64,000 nt of DNA from an uncultured Dehalococcoidia bacterium. GTDB taxonomy: Bacteria; Chloroflexota; Dehalococcoidia; Lucifugimonadales; UBA2985. Positions 29,499 through 40,200 of this stretch are shown here, in pieces. The DNA lies in contig CAZNIG010000003.1 of the NCBI GenBank assembly GCA_964573055.1, positions 9,443-73,442 of the forward strand. The letters run 5' to 3'. Position numbers and translations under genes: made by a program. The notes under the pieces are model-generated. The model had not been told where the DNA came from. It was given only the letters and a program-made list of their open reading frames with translations, and made no database searches. Positions within the stretch are counted from its first letter, which is position 1, and each line of letters opens with the position of its first letter.

Positions 29499-30230
29499 AT
29501 GAGCTCTGATTTCGAAACAGTCAATTACACCAAAGAAGGACCTGTCGGAGAGGTAATACTAAACCGACCGAAGTCGCTTAACGCATTCAATATACAAATG
29601 CGAGACGAGCTTCACCAGATTCTTGAAGCGGTCAGAGACGATCCAGAAGTCCGGTCTATTGTCTTACGTGGGGAAGGGGAGCGAGCGTTCTGCACTGGAG
29701 CAGATCTCAAAGAATTTGATACGGCCCCTTCTAGAGTAATCGCTCGCCAAGTGAGATGGGAAAGGGATGTATGGGGTCTATTTATAGCTATGGATAAACC
29801 AATCATTGCGGCACTTCACGGTTTTGTGATAGGCTCAGGATTGGAAATGGCGATGCTCTGCGATCTACGACTCTGCACAGAGGATACATCTTTCAGCATG
29901 CCTGAGGCAGCATTAGGTATGCTCCCGGCTGCAGGGGGTACCCAGAGTATTCCGCGAGCGGTTGGACGTGCCCAGGCAGTCGGCATACTTCTGAAAAAAG
30001 AGCGAATAGATGCCAAAATGGGCTATCAAATCGGGCTTATCCATAGGATGGTATCCAGAGGGTCATTGAGAGCCGAAGCCATGGCCATGGCTAATGTGCT
30101 GGCTAAGCACCCACCCAAGGTAATTGGTGCTCTAAAAGAAAGTATCAGAAGAGGCCTAAACATGCCACTCGATAGAGCAATGGAACTAGAATTAAACTTG
30201 GCAATCAAAACAGTTGGAGGGAACAAATGA
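29499..30230 (+). CDS. Enoyl-CoA hydratase/isomerase (crotonase) family protein
   Basis: 243 aa (IVLRGEGERAFCTGADL; AALHGFVIGSGLEMAMLCDLR). It overlaps the next gene by 4 nt. Confidence 0.85.
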   Translation: MSSDFETVNYTKEGPVGEVILNRPKSLNAFNIQMRDELHQILEAVRDDPEVRSIVLRGEGERAFCTGADLKEFDTAPSRVIARQVRWERDVWGLFIAMDKPIIAALHGFVIGSGLEMAMLCDLRLCTEDTSFSMPEAALGMLPAAGGTQSIPRAVGRAQAVGILLKKERIDAKMGYQIGLIHRMVSRGSLRAEAMAMANVLAKHPPKVIGALKESIRRGLNMPLDRAMELELNLAIKTVGGNK

Positions 30231-31786
30231 ACACTACAGAACTTCTCACTATCACTTCGGCAATAGTACCTGAAAGGGAAGCCATAGTTTTCGACGGCAA
30301 CAGAATGTCGTTTGGAGAACTCGCCGATAGAGTAAACAGGTTAACCAACGCACTGGGTGAGCTTGGAGTGGGCTCCGGAGACCGTGTAGCTGTAATGCAG
30401 GTGAATTGTAACGAGCATATAGAAAGTTACTTCGCGACAGCTAAATTGGATGCAATTTTTGTACCTATAAACTTCCGCGCCCGCGCTGAAGAACTTAGTT
30501 TTATGCTCAACGACTCGGGGGTGAAGGCAATCATTCTAGGGCAGAGATATCAGGATATGCTTCGATCAATCAAAGGCGAGTTAACCACAGTTGAGCACTT
30601 AATAACCCTAGAAGGCCCTGGTGAAGGGTTCCTTTTCTACGACGAACTGCTAGAGAACGCTTCTGACGAGGAACGTTTCCCGTCTGCTGATGAAGAAGAT
30701 ACCACGATAGTTATGTTCACTGCAGGAACCACTGGAACTCCTAAAGGGGTAATGCTTAGCCACAACAGTTTCTCATCGTATATCCTAGCAAACGTCGAAC
30801 CGGTAGACATGGACGCAGCCGAAAAAAACATTTTGACTGTGCCACTACATCACATAGCAGGCATACAGGCCGTTATGGCCGCAATTTATGGTGGCCGTAC
30901 CTTAGTATTACAGCGCCAATTTGACGAAGAAGGATGGATGCAATTAGTCCAAACAGAGCAGGTAAATCGTGCAATGATGGTACCAACAATGCTCAAGAGA
31001 TTAATGGATCAACCTACCTTCAAAGATTACGACTTATCCAGTCTCCGTGTTATTACATACGGAGCAGCGCCGATGCCGCTAGAAGTTATAAAGAAGGCAA
31101 TAGCAGAGTTTCCTACTACACGATTCATTAACGCCTTCGGACAAACTGAAACAGCTTCAACAATAACTATGCTACCGCCTGATGCCCACGATATAAAAGA
31201 AGGCGACCCGGACTATGAAAAGAAGATGGCTCGCCTTGGATCAATTGGCAAACCTCTTCCTGACGTCGAGGTAAAAATTGTAGATGAAGACGGAAACGAC
31301 GTCCCTGTAAATGAAACAGGAGAAATAGTGGCACGTGGAGACCGTCTAATGAAAGGCTACTGGAACAGAGAAGAGGCAACCAAGGAAACTCTAAGGGGAG
31401 GCTGGCTATACACCGGTGACCTGGGGTACTGGGACGACGAAGGCTACATCTTTCTGTCTGGCCGCGCCAAAGACTTCATCAAGCGCGGTGGCGAAATGAT
31501 TGCCCCTGAGGAAGTAGAACAAATAATCATGTCACACCCAGGTGTGGATGAGGCTGCAATAATCGGAATACCAGATATCGAATGGGGTGAGCGAGTCCGT
31601 GCAATTGTAGTAAAAAAACCTGGCATCGAAGTTTCGATGGAAGATGTAGTTGAACACTGCAGGCCACGTATGGCGGGTTTCAAAAGGCCGGAAGACGTCG
31701 TTTTCGTAGCAGAACTCCCAAGAAATCCCATGGGTAAAGTCCTGAAACGTGAATTGCGTGAACAGTATCCAGAGCCAATAGTATAG
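30227..31786 (+). CDS. Acyl-CoA synthetase / AMP-dependent ligase
   Basis: 519 aa with AMP-binding motifs (MFTAGTTGTPKGV; YGQTE-like FGQTE; GWLYTGDLG; the PRNPMGKVLKREL C-terminal lysine motif). Confidence 0.9.
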   Translation: MNTTELLTITSAIVPEREAIVFDGNRMSFGELADRVNRLTNALGELGVGSGDRVAVMQVNCNEHIESYFATAKLDAIFVPINFRARAEELSFMLNDSGVKAIILGQRYQDMLRSIKGELTTVEHLITLEGPGEGFLFYDELLENASDEERFPSADEEDTTIVMFTAGTTGTPKGVMLSHNSFSSYILANVEPVDMDAAEKNILTVPLHHIAGIQAVMAAIYGGRTLVLQRQFDEEGWMQLVQTEQVNRAMMVPTMLKRLMDQPTFKDYDLSSLRVITYGAAPMPLEVIKKAIAEFPTTRFINAFGQTETASTITMLPPDAHDIKEGDPDYEKKMARLGSIGKPLPDVEVKIVDEDGNDVPVNETGEIVARGDRLMKGYWNREEATKETLRGGWLYTGDLGYWDDEGYIFLSGRAKDFIKRGGEMIAPEEVEQIIMSHPGVDEAAIIGIPDIEWGERVRAIVVKKPGIEVSMEDVVEHCRPRMAGFKRPEDVVFVAELPRNPMGKVLKRELREQYPEPIV

Positions 31787-31917
31787 AAATATACCACCAG
31801 TAGACACCAACTAAACTGCCTGATACCCGTACACCAGCGACTCAACACAGAGGTTAAGGGTCAATACATAGATATCATATGACGGTATTAACAAATGATT
31901 GTGGTAGGGGTTTATAA

Positions 31918-31951
31918 CGAGATGTTTAGGGCAGAGATCCTAGACATCTCG
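31918..31951. terminator. Hairpin between convergent genes (CGAGATGT..ACATCTCG)
   Basis: 8-bp inverted repeat with an 18-nt loop, read directly. It lies between the acyl-CoA ligase stop and the VOC gene stop. Confidence 0.35.
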
Positions 31952-31982
31952 TACCAACTATCGAAGTCGAGATCACACACCA

Positions 31983-32378
31983 CTATCGAGGTAACTGAAG
32001 TAATTCAATCCTGACGTCATCCGGGGCCTGTATAAAAGCAATACGCAAACCACTCTGAGCATCTATCGGGCCTTCAAGTAACTTAGCTCCTAAAGACTCG
32101 AGTCGTTTTATCTCTATTTCTATGTCATCTACCTCTATACCAAAATGCTCTAGCCCCCAATGAGCATTTGCGTTACCACCTGCCATCTGCTCATCAGTTC
32201 TGGCTCCTGAGATATTAACGACGACACCGTCAGCAGTTTGGCATCTAATAAACCTATCTCCGTAAACACGAACCGAATCGTTCACTATAGTAAAACCAAA
32301 AGCCTCGACGTACCAATTGGCGGTTTTTTCTGGGTCCGGTGCCTTCAAATGTACATGATTAAACTTGTGAGACATCAT
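31983..32378 (-). CDS. VOC (glyoxalase/bleomycin-resistance/dioxygenase) family protein, possibly a methylmalonyl-CoA epimerase-like enzyme
   Basis: 131 aa (FNHVHLKAPDPEKTANWY..; HFGIEVDDIE; RIELLQ). Confidence 0.75.
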   Translation of the reverse strand: MMSHKFNHVHLKAPDPEKTANWYVEAFGFTIVNDSVRVYGDRFIRCQTADGVVVNISGARTDEQMAGGNANAHWGLEHFGIEVDDIEIEIKRLESLGAKLLEGPIDAQSGLRIAFIQAPDDVRIELLQLPR

Positions 32379-32564
32379 CTACTCCTTGCTCGTTTATTGA
32401 ATCTTATATCTCAAGGTACCCGAGGAAAAGAAACTAAAGCACGTAGGCGAGACCATCGCCAATAAGGAGCCTGTTACCGGGCACAAGGCCTAGGAAGCCT
32501 AGCATTCAATCTCGTATCCTAACCCATCTTGCCTAGAAACCTTCAACCAACCCTTAGGCTACCA

Positions 32565-34664
32565 TCAAGATGAAGGATTGTCGGTAGGACCTTGATCTGG
32601 AGTGGCAGATTCTACTAACAATTCTAGTAGATCCTTGACCTGCCGAGTTTCTTGAACCCCCTTGGACTGTATCCCAGCCTCCAGCTGTTGTATGCAGAAT
32701 GGGCAAGAGACCCCAAGAGTCTCTGCACCGGTCTCTAGAAAGTGATCAGTCCTGATATCACTAACTCGTGTGCCTGTCTCATCCATCCACATTCGCCCCC
32801 CGCCAGCGCCACAGCAGAATCCTCTTTCTCTACACCTGTCACCCATCTCTACGACCTGTAGACCAGGAATCGACCTAGCTATTTCTCTAGGCTCGTCGTA
32901 TATACCATTGTGCCTACCAAGGTAGCATGAATCATGATATGCCAATGTTGTATCTATAGTCTTGACTGGCTTTATTTTCCCCTGCTGAATCAGCTCATTC
33001 ACAAACTGAGTGTAGTGAAGAACCTCGTAGTTTCCGCCCAGTTGGGGATACTCATTCTTGATATTATTGAAACAATGCGGGCATATAGTAACTATTTTCT
33101 TAACATTGTATCCATTAAGAGTCTGTATGTTCTGTTCAGCCAAAGTAAGGTATAGGTATTCATTCCCTAATCTTCTGGCAGGATCTCCAGTGCAAGATTC
33201 CTCCATACCAAGTATTGCAAACTTGACCCCAGCCAGCTTGAGCACTGAAGCCATTGCACGCGCCATTTTCTGACTTCTCTCTTCCAATGCGGGGGTGCAC
33301 CCTACCCAGAAAAGAATCTCAACATCACTGTCCTCAGCCATGGTTTTGATATCCATATCCTGATACCAATCTGTTCTAGTGGCAGCAGTTCCACGCCATG
33401 GATGCCCTCGAGACTCCATATTTGACAAGGCATTCACTGCTGTCTCAGGAAGCCTTGCTTCCTCCATGACCAAGTATCGCCTCATGTCAACGATACTATC
33501 TATGTGCTCTATAAATACCGGGCATGCCTCCATGCACGCCCGACATGTAGTGCAAGACCATATCGCTTCTTCATCCACATGCTCGACCATAGGTACTTCT
33601 GGTGACGGAGCTTCGCCACCCATGCTAATTAATACAGGAGCCCTCTGCTCCATGTATAACCCTAGATCCTGAATTATTTTGCGTGGCGACAATGGCTTAC
33701 CACTAGCCCAGGCTGGACATTGGTCCTGACATCGACCGCAGTTAGTACAGGCATCCAAATCCAAAAGCTGCTTCCAAGTGAAGTCTTTTACATCCCCAGC
33801 ACCAAAGCTATCCAAAGTCTCCAGATCAGGCATGCTCCTCAAGGCACCCTTAGGACGGTCAGATCTCATCAGAGCGTTTATTGGCCCCATTACCATATGT
33901 GTCATCTTATCGAATGTGCTCGCGGCATATGCGAAAGCAAATGCTACTATAGCAGCATGGCTCCACCACATAACCTTGTGAGCATCCTCCATAGCCCCCA
34001 CGGACATTCCAATACCACTCATAGCTTTAGCGAACAAGAACCCGATCGGAGACCAAATTGCGTCTCCGGTGCTATAGAACTCACTCTGTGGATTAAGTTC
34101 AGTAGCACCAATACGCAAGCCTTCTACAAGAAATCCTGTAAATATAAGCGCTACTATAACACTGAGGATAACCGGGTCCTCAAATAAGGTGTTTAGCCTA
34201 GGTGGCCTGATCACGTATCTTCGATATAGAGCCATTGAGACTCCGATCGTAGCAAGCCCTCCTCCTCCCAAGTCCCATATAAGAGACATAGGGACACGCC
34301 ACTGGCGGGTAATGAACTCCATATGAAGCCACTGGTGCATATTATCCTCAATCATCGACACCGTAGTGGCAATCAACAAGGTCATGGCTCCCCAAAACAA
34401 ACAGAAGTGCATTATCCCAGGATATAAATCCTTCTTCAAAAACCGCCTGTGCATCAATATATCTGTACCCGCTAGGGAGGCGAACCTCCGTAACCTAGGG
34501 CCCCAAGGGCCAAGATCTGGCATCGGTCTACCTAGCCGCCAGAACCTATACCGCTGAAAAAACCCGTAGGCTAACGAGACGGAAGCCACTGCAAGTATCG
34601 TATAGACGAACACCCCGAACAACGGGAATCCTATATTCCAGAAATCCTCTCTACCAGGTAGCAC
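32565..34664 (-). CDS. Membrane-anchored Fe-S oxidoreductase: NarI-like multi-helix N-domain fused to an HdrD/GlpC-like domain (2x[4Fe-4S] + CCG domains)
   Basis: 699 aa.
- The first ~270 aa are hydrophobic helices.
- Ferredoxin motifs CTNCGRCQDQCP and CTTCRACMEACP follow.
- Cys-rich CCG-type regions come last (..ESCTGDP..; ..CRERGFCCGAGGG). Confidence 0.8.
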   Translation of the reverse strand: MLPGREDFWNIGFPLFGVFVYTILAVASVSLAYGFFQRYRFWRLGRPMPDLGPWGPRLRRFASLAGTDILMHRRFLKKDLYPGIMHFCLFWGAMTLLIATTVSMIEDNMHQWLHMEFITRQWRVPMSLIWDLGGGGLATIGVSMALYRRYVIRPPRLNTLFEDPVILSVIVALIFTGFLVEGLRIGATELNPQSEFYSTGDAIWSPIGFLFAKAMSGIGMSVGAMEDAHKVMWWSHAAIVAFAFAYAASTFDKMTHMVMGPINALMRSDRPKGALRSMPDLETLDSFGAGDVKDFTWKQLLDLDACTNCGRCQDQCPAWASGKPLSPRKIIQDLGLYMEQRAPVLISMGGEAPSPEVPMVEHVDEEAIWSCTTCRACMEACPVFIEHIDSIVDMRRYLVMEEARLPETAVNALSNMESRGHPWRGTAATRTDWYQDMDIKTMAEDSDVEILFWVGCTPALEERSQKMARAMASVLKLAGVKFAILGMEESCTGDPARRLGNEYLYLTLAEQNIQTLNGYNVKKIVTICPHCFNNIKNEYPQLGGNYEVLHYTQFVNELIQQGKIKPVKTIDTTLAYHDSCYLGRHNGIYDEPREIARSIPGLQVVEMGDRCRERGFCCGAGGGRMWMDETGTRVSDIRTDHFLETGAETLGVSCPFCIQQLEAGIQSKGVQETRQVKDLLELLVESATPDQGPTDNPSS

Positions 34665-34817
34665 CTCTACCTCCTACCGATATATTGATACTCAGCACCT
34701 CAAACCAACGACAGTTTATCAGCTAACCAACCTCAAGCCAAGTATGGCTTTGACATTGACAGGCTTACAAGGCAGTGAAAGCAAACTAAAATGGCTCCTA
34801 ATTATTTGAATTACTCC

Positions 34818-35699
34818 TTACCTGCTAGCCAATGCCGCCTGGACAGTGATGCCTATTTCAGCAGGGGACGGGGCTATATAAGCGCCAGCCTCCCTCAGGG
34901 CTTTCACTTTTTCTTCTGCGCGCCCCGCAGTTCCAGTTATTATAGCGCCTGCATGACCCATTCTTCGCCCGGGAGGAGCAGTAGTTCCAACTATTAGTGA
35001 CACAACAGGCTTAGTAAAATGATCCCTTATATAATCTGCTGCTTCCTGTTCTTTGGTGCCACCTATCTCCCCAATAAGAACTACGGCATCTGTATCACTG
35101 TCTTCTTCAAAAAGCTTAAGTAGATCTACAAATGATGTTCCCACCAAAGGATCCCCACCAATACCTACGCATGTGGACTGCCCTATGCCCAGAGCAGTTA
35201 ATTGGTTCACAGATTCATACGTCAATGTACCGCTACGTGATATCACTCCCACCCTACCTGGCAAGTGTATGTTACCTGGCATTATACCCACTTTACATTG
35301 TGAGCCAGGAGTAATCAAACCCGGACAATTTGGTCCAATAAGAGTAACTGGCTTGTCCCGTAAATATCTAGCCACCCTGACCATATCCATCACAGGAATC
35401 CCTTCCGTGATGCAGGCGATCACACCAATACCAGCATCTGCGGATTCCAATATAGCATCCGCAGCAAATGGAGCAGGCACAAATATAAGTGAAACATTAG
35501 CACCAGTGTCAGATACTGCCTGACTTACACTATTGAAGATTGGAACCTTCTCTTCCCATGTAGTTCCGCCTCTGCCAGGGGTTACACCAGCGACCAGATT
35601 GGTGCCGAACTCCATGCACCTAAGGGCATGAAAACTACCTTCTCTGCCAGTTATGCCCTGAACAAGCAAGCGGGTCTTATCATCTACTAGTATGCTCAC
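34818..35699 (-). CDS. sucD: Succinyl-CoA synthetase subunit alpha
   Basis: 293 aa ([10 protein letters not shown]; SRSGTLTYE; the phosphohistidine loop GHAGAII). Confidence 0.95.
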   Translation of the reverse strand: MSILVDDKTRLLVQGITGREGSFHALRCMEFGTNLVAGVTPGRGGTTWEEKVPIFNSVSQAVSDTGANVSLIFVPAPFAADAILESADAGIGVIACITEGIPVMDMVRVARYLRDKPVTLIGPNCPGLITPGSQCKVGIMPGNIHLPGRVGVISRSGTLTYESVNQLTALGIGQSTCVGIGGDPLVGTSFVDLLKLFEEDSDTDAVVLIGEIGGTKEQEAADYIRDHFTKPVVSLIVGTTAPPGRRMGHAGAIITGTAGRAEEKVKALREAGAYIAPSPAEIGITVQAALASR

Positions 35700-35807
35700 T
35701 TTCCCTCCCTATATTCATACACCCAGTAAGTCTACCTTAGTAAATCCCGCCAAACCGACCCAATCACCAACTATCCGAACGCGCCCGTAAACGATAGTAG
35801 CTAGTCG

Positions 35808-36971
35808 TCATTCAGCAGGCGTTGCTTCCTTTATCCTAGCTGCAGCCTGATTTAAATCATCCGCCAAAACTACCCCCAATCCGGATTGGCCGAGAATTTC
35901 TTTACCTTCTTCGGCATTTGTACCCAACATTCTAACTACGATTGGAATATTGGTAGGTGTTTCTTGGCAAGCAGCTACGATGCCCCTAGCTGCGACGTCA
36001 CAACGAAGGATACCACCGAACACATTAACGAGAATGCGCTTTACTTGTCGGTCTGCTAGTAGAAGCTTAAATGCCAAAGATACCTGCTCTTCGGTCGCTC
36101 CACCACCTACATCCAAGAAATTCGCAGGCATGGCATCAGCCATGGATATAGTATCCATAGTGGCCATCGCAAGGCCCGCTCCGTTAACCATGCACCCCAC
36201 ATCACCGTCGAGCTTAACATAAGAAATTCCAAATTTATCCGCTTCTACCTCTAGCGGATCTTCTTGCTCAGGGTCACGAAGTTTCTTGATTTCCGGGTGC
36301 CGATCAACAGCGTCATCGTCAAAATTCAATTTGGCATCTAGCGCTACCAACTGTCCGTCCCCTGTTATTACCAGAGGATTTATTTCGGCCAAAGAACAAT
36401 CTTTAGATTCAAAAACCTTGTATAGGTTATCCATAAGAGTAGCGGCAGGTCGAATTAACTCGGCCGGAAGATTTATTCCATACGCCAATGCACGGCATTG
36501 ATATGGCTGGAGCCCAATAATTGGATCAACATTAGCCCTTATTATCTTCTCTGGGGATTCAGCAGCCACTTCCTCTATTTCCATCCCACCAGCTTCGCTA
36601 GCCATTAAGACTGGGCACTCGCTTGCACTGTCTATAGTTATCGCAAGGTAATATTCCTTTGCAATACTAGAAACCTCTTCCACTAGAACATGATTCACTG
36701 GCACACCCTCGGCCCCAGTCTGATGCGTAACCAATCTGGTACCCAACAGACCTCCCGCGACATCTGCCGCTTCTTGTGCTGAGTCAACAACCTTAACACC
36801 ACCCGCTAGACCTCTGCCACCAGCGTGGACCTGTGCCTTGACTACTACGTTTCCACCCATGCCCTCGGCTACATCTAGTGCTTCACCAGCTGTAGCAACT
36901 ACCCCCGATCTTGGTACAGGTATACCAAATTCTGCAAGTATCTCCTTGGCCTGATACTCATGTACCTTCAT
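35808..36971 (-). CDS. sucC: Succinyl-CoA synthetase subunit beta
   Basis: 387 aa (MKVHEYQAKEIL; ATP-grasp; the GGGATEEQV region). Confidence 0.95.
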   Translation of the reverse strand: MKVHEYQAKEILAEFGIPVPRSGVVATAGEALDVAEGMGGNVVVKAQVHAGGRGLAGGVKVVDSAQEAADVAGGLLGTRLVTHQTGAEGVPVNHVLVEEVSSIAKEYYLAITIDSASECPVLMASEAGGMEIEEVAAESPEKIIRANVDPIIGLQPYQCRALAYGINLPAELIRPAATLMDNLYKVFESKDCSLAEINPLVITGDGQLVALDAKLNFDDDAVDRHPEIKKLRDPEQEDPLEVEADKFGISYVKLDGDVGCMVNGAGLAMATMDTISMADAMPANFLDVGGGATEEQVSLAFKLLLADRQVKRILVNVFGGILRCDVAARGIVAACQETPTNIPIVVRMLGTNAEEGKEILGQSGLGVVLADDLNQAAARIKEATPAE

Positions 36972-37200
36972 CTAGCTCTCCCTGAAATTGATACGTAATT
37001 GTACTTATCTAACGCGTATGGCACTTAAGCGTGATACTAAATCCTGCCACTAGTGCCTGAGCTTCTACAGGCCATCATAACGGCAGCAGCCAATCATGTC
37101 CATAGCTTACTATCGTATCCAGATAAGGTTGATCTGGCTCCAAGTAGACAGGTTATTGCTACCTATCTGTGGCTGAGACCTAAATCGTTACGTTATAGGT

Positions 37201-40200
37201 CTATTCGTAACGGAGGGCCTCTGCCGGATATATTCTAGATGCCTGCTTGGATGGTAGAAAACTACTAAGTAATGCAAAAAACACTGTGATGCCCACGATA
37301 ATCATGACGTTTAACCAAGGTATAGAATATCTGATACCCTCTACTTCTTTGGCTATTTCATTAAATATGTTCCAAGAGGTCAATGCACCCAAACCCAAAC
37401 CCAAAACTATACCCAGGAAAGTTATATACAAGGATTCTAGTAGGAAACTTAGCCATACCATTCTTGCTCTATAACCAATTGCCCTCATAGTACCTATAGT
37501 CTGCCTTCTCTCGACCACGGATCTAATTGATAGCACCCCTATGGCTATCACTCCTACTACCAGACCAAGTCCCATGAATCCTTGGAACAACTGATTGAAA
37601 GCGTCTCCCTGTTCAAGTCCCCTTTCAATCTGGTCAATTGTACTAACTGCCTCCATTCCACGCTCAATAAAGGCTGTCTCTATGTAAGGTACCAAGGCAC
37701 TGGCATCTGAAGACTCTGATAGCATCATGCTATACGTGTCATAACCAGTAATCTCTGGCATCACCTCTTTGGCAATAGAGCCTCCTGTAACTATATATAC
37801 AGAACTTGTCCAATCCAGCTCGTCAGCTAAGGAATCAAGTATACCTATCACTTCTACATTGATGGCATCCCTACCACCTTGAACTGGCAGAAGCTCTAAC
37901 TGGATACCGTCTTCAGGCCAATAATCCGCTTCAGAGTCTGTTTCAATTGTGCTTAATTTCAGGCCTGATGATTGAGGACCAAAAGGATCGTTTGTAGGTA
38001 ATGCGGCATTACTAATAACTGCCAGATTAGTATTCTCAGACAATGCATCCCAAACTGACCGATCGTTGCCTATATAGTCCGGGTGGAACCTAATAAACTG
38101 AAGCAATGTACTATCAAGATAAGTGTCATCAACCGATCGAATCGTAAGATTTGAAAAACGCTGATCCTTTCCACCTATCTCTCTTGCAATGGAAGGTATG
38201 TCTGTAGACTGAGCAATTACCTCAAATTCTTCAACGCTCAACTCTGATACACTGGATATACCATCTCTGAATTCTCGAGCAGTAATTGAGAATTCAGGAT
38301 TAACTGATGCCACTATGTCATAGCCGCCAGTGACCCTGTCAGGCTGTTCCCTAGCTACATTGTTTATATTATTCAACACAGCAAATATCATTAGTGTGAA
38401 TATGACTAACCCGAACATAGACACGGTAAGCCCAGTACGGAATGGAGCAGCCACCGGATAAGCTATTGCTGTCTTAAATGTAGCTTGAAGCCCCGATAGT
38501 CGGCCTAGTGTCCTGTTGGATATCCCCAGCAGGATTTCACTATTATTCATAACCAACCACACTGCCGATCCAATCTGTGCTACCCCACCTAGCACAAAAA
38601 TATCAGGCGTTGTAATCAATTTTCCGGTATAAGCGTCAAAAGCATCAAATGGAACTCCCCAAAATAGACATAGCAACCCGCCCTCTAAAGTAGCCGCTAT
38701 TCTATTCACAGTACGCCATGGCATATTAGTTCGAGCCAATATTTTTCTTAATGTAATACCAAGTCCAATTATGCTCATGCTAACCCCGACAGTGAATAGC
38801 GTTCCATTGTCTAAATTCATGCCAAGCCTATGCATGAGAATCCCCAATATTATCAGCACCCATCCTTGAGTCAATACAGAAGTCAGTAATCTCAGGATTT
38901 GTCTAAAAATGGAAAATGGCCATAGTAGTATGGACTTTAGCAGTTCAAATAACTTTATTAAGCTTATACCACTCCTCAAACTTGTAAGAACATATAGCGG
39001 TCCAAGCAACCCTACAAAAACTAATGTAAAGTACTCCCTCCAAGTTACTCTAGGATTCTGTATAAATTCTTCGCTTAAACCTCTTATTGCAACGACTATA
39101 TTTAGCTTACTGACACGGTAGGAAGAGATCACTATTGTAATGAGAGTCAGTAAGAATCCAGAAGAGAAAGCAATCCACATCGACTTTGCGGTGAAACTCA
39201 TCGTTATAGCCCATACCTCATCCCCGCCCACGGCTCTTTGCAGTAGTCCAACCAATATAGTACTTGTCAAAGCGCCTAATCCAGTGCCAATCAAGGCTGC
39301 GAAAAGAGCATACATAGAACCTTCGAATGTGAACATCTGAATCAAATGCCTTCGCTTCAAACCTACTGCTCGAGCCATGCCCATCTCGGTAGAGCGAGAT
39401 GAAGCAAGCAGAACCATAACCAAGAATATGAGTAGCAATCCCACAATAATTGAAAATGACCCGAAGATAGTGAACAATGTGGTTATCGAGGTACCCACCA
39501 TGTCTGCTATCCTCAATGAAAACGCTTTCCACTCATTAACATTTAACTCATTGAGCCTAGGAAGCAAAGATCCGATCTCAGAGCCATACTCTTCAAGAGA
39601 ATCATCTTCAGAAATGATCCCCAATATGGAGGAGAGATTAGATTGATCAGCGATGGATCCCAAATACAATTCTGAACTGTAATTACCTTGGGAGATTTCT
39701 GCTAATATAATTTCAATATCCCTGAGAATCTCATCTTCAATAGGATTTTCTCTCTTGAATGTTGGATCTGTTTTGAGCTTATTTACGTGTGCATCCAAGT
39801 GGTTGAACACTTCGTGATTTGCTATTATCTTTGCTATCTCAGATGCTACGGATTTATCTATCAGCGAAACCCGTAGAATTCTAGATACTTCCTCAGATGC
39901 ATCCAGACTATCCTCTATACCTCCACGGTTAGAAATACCAATCCAGTCAATCAATCCTTGTTTACCAGTTAGTTCCTGAGCTTGCTGCAAGGTCATGAGA
40001 GCAAGATTAGTGTCACCTCCACTAGCTAAACCTCCATGCTGAGCAAGAAATATTACCTGGTAGGACTTTACTCCTACAGCAGAATATATATAAATTAGGT
40101 CCCCAACAGTGGCGCCTAAAACTTCAGAAGCGTTCTTGTTCAGGATAACTTGATCACTATTTAAGTCCGAAAGCCTTATTGATTTATCGTCCGATATAGA

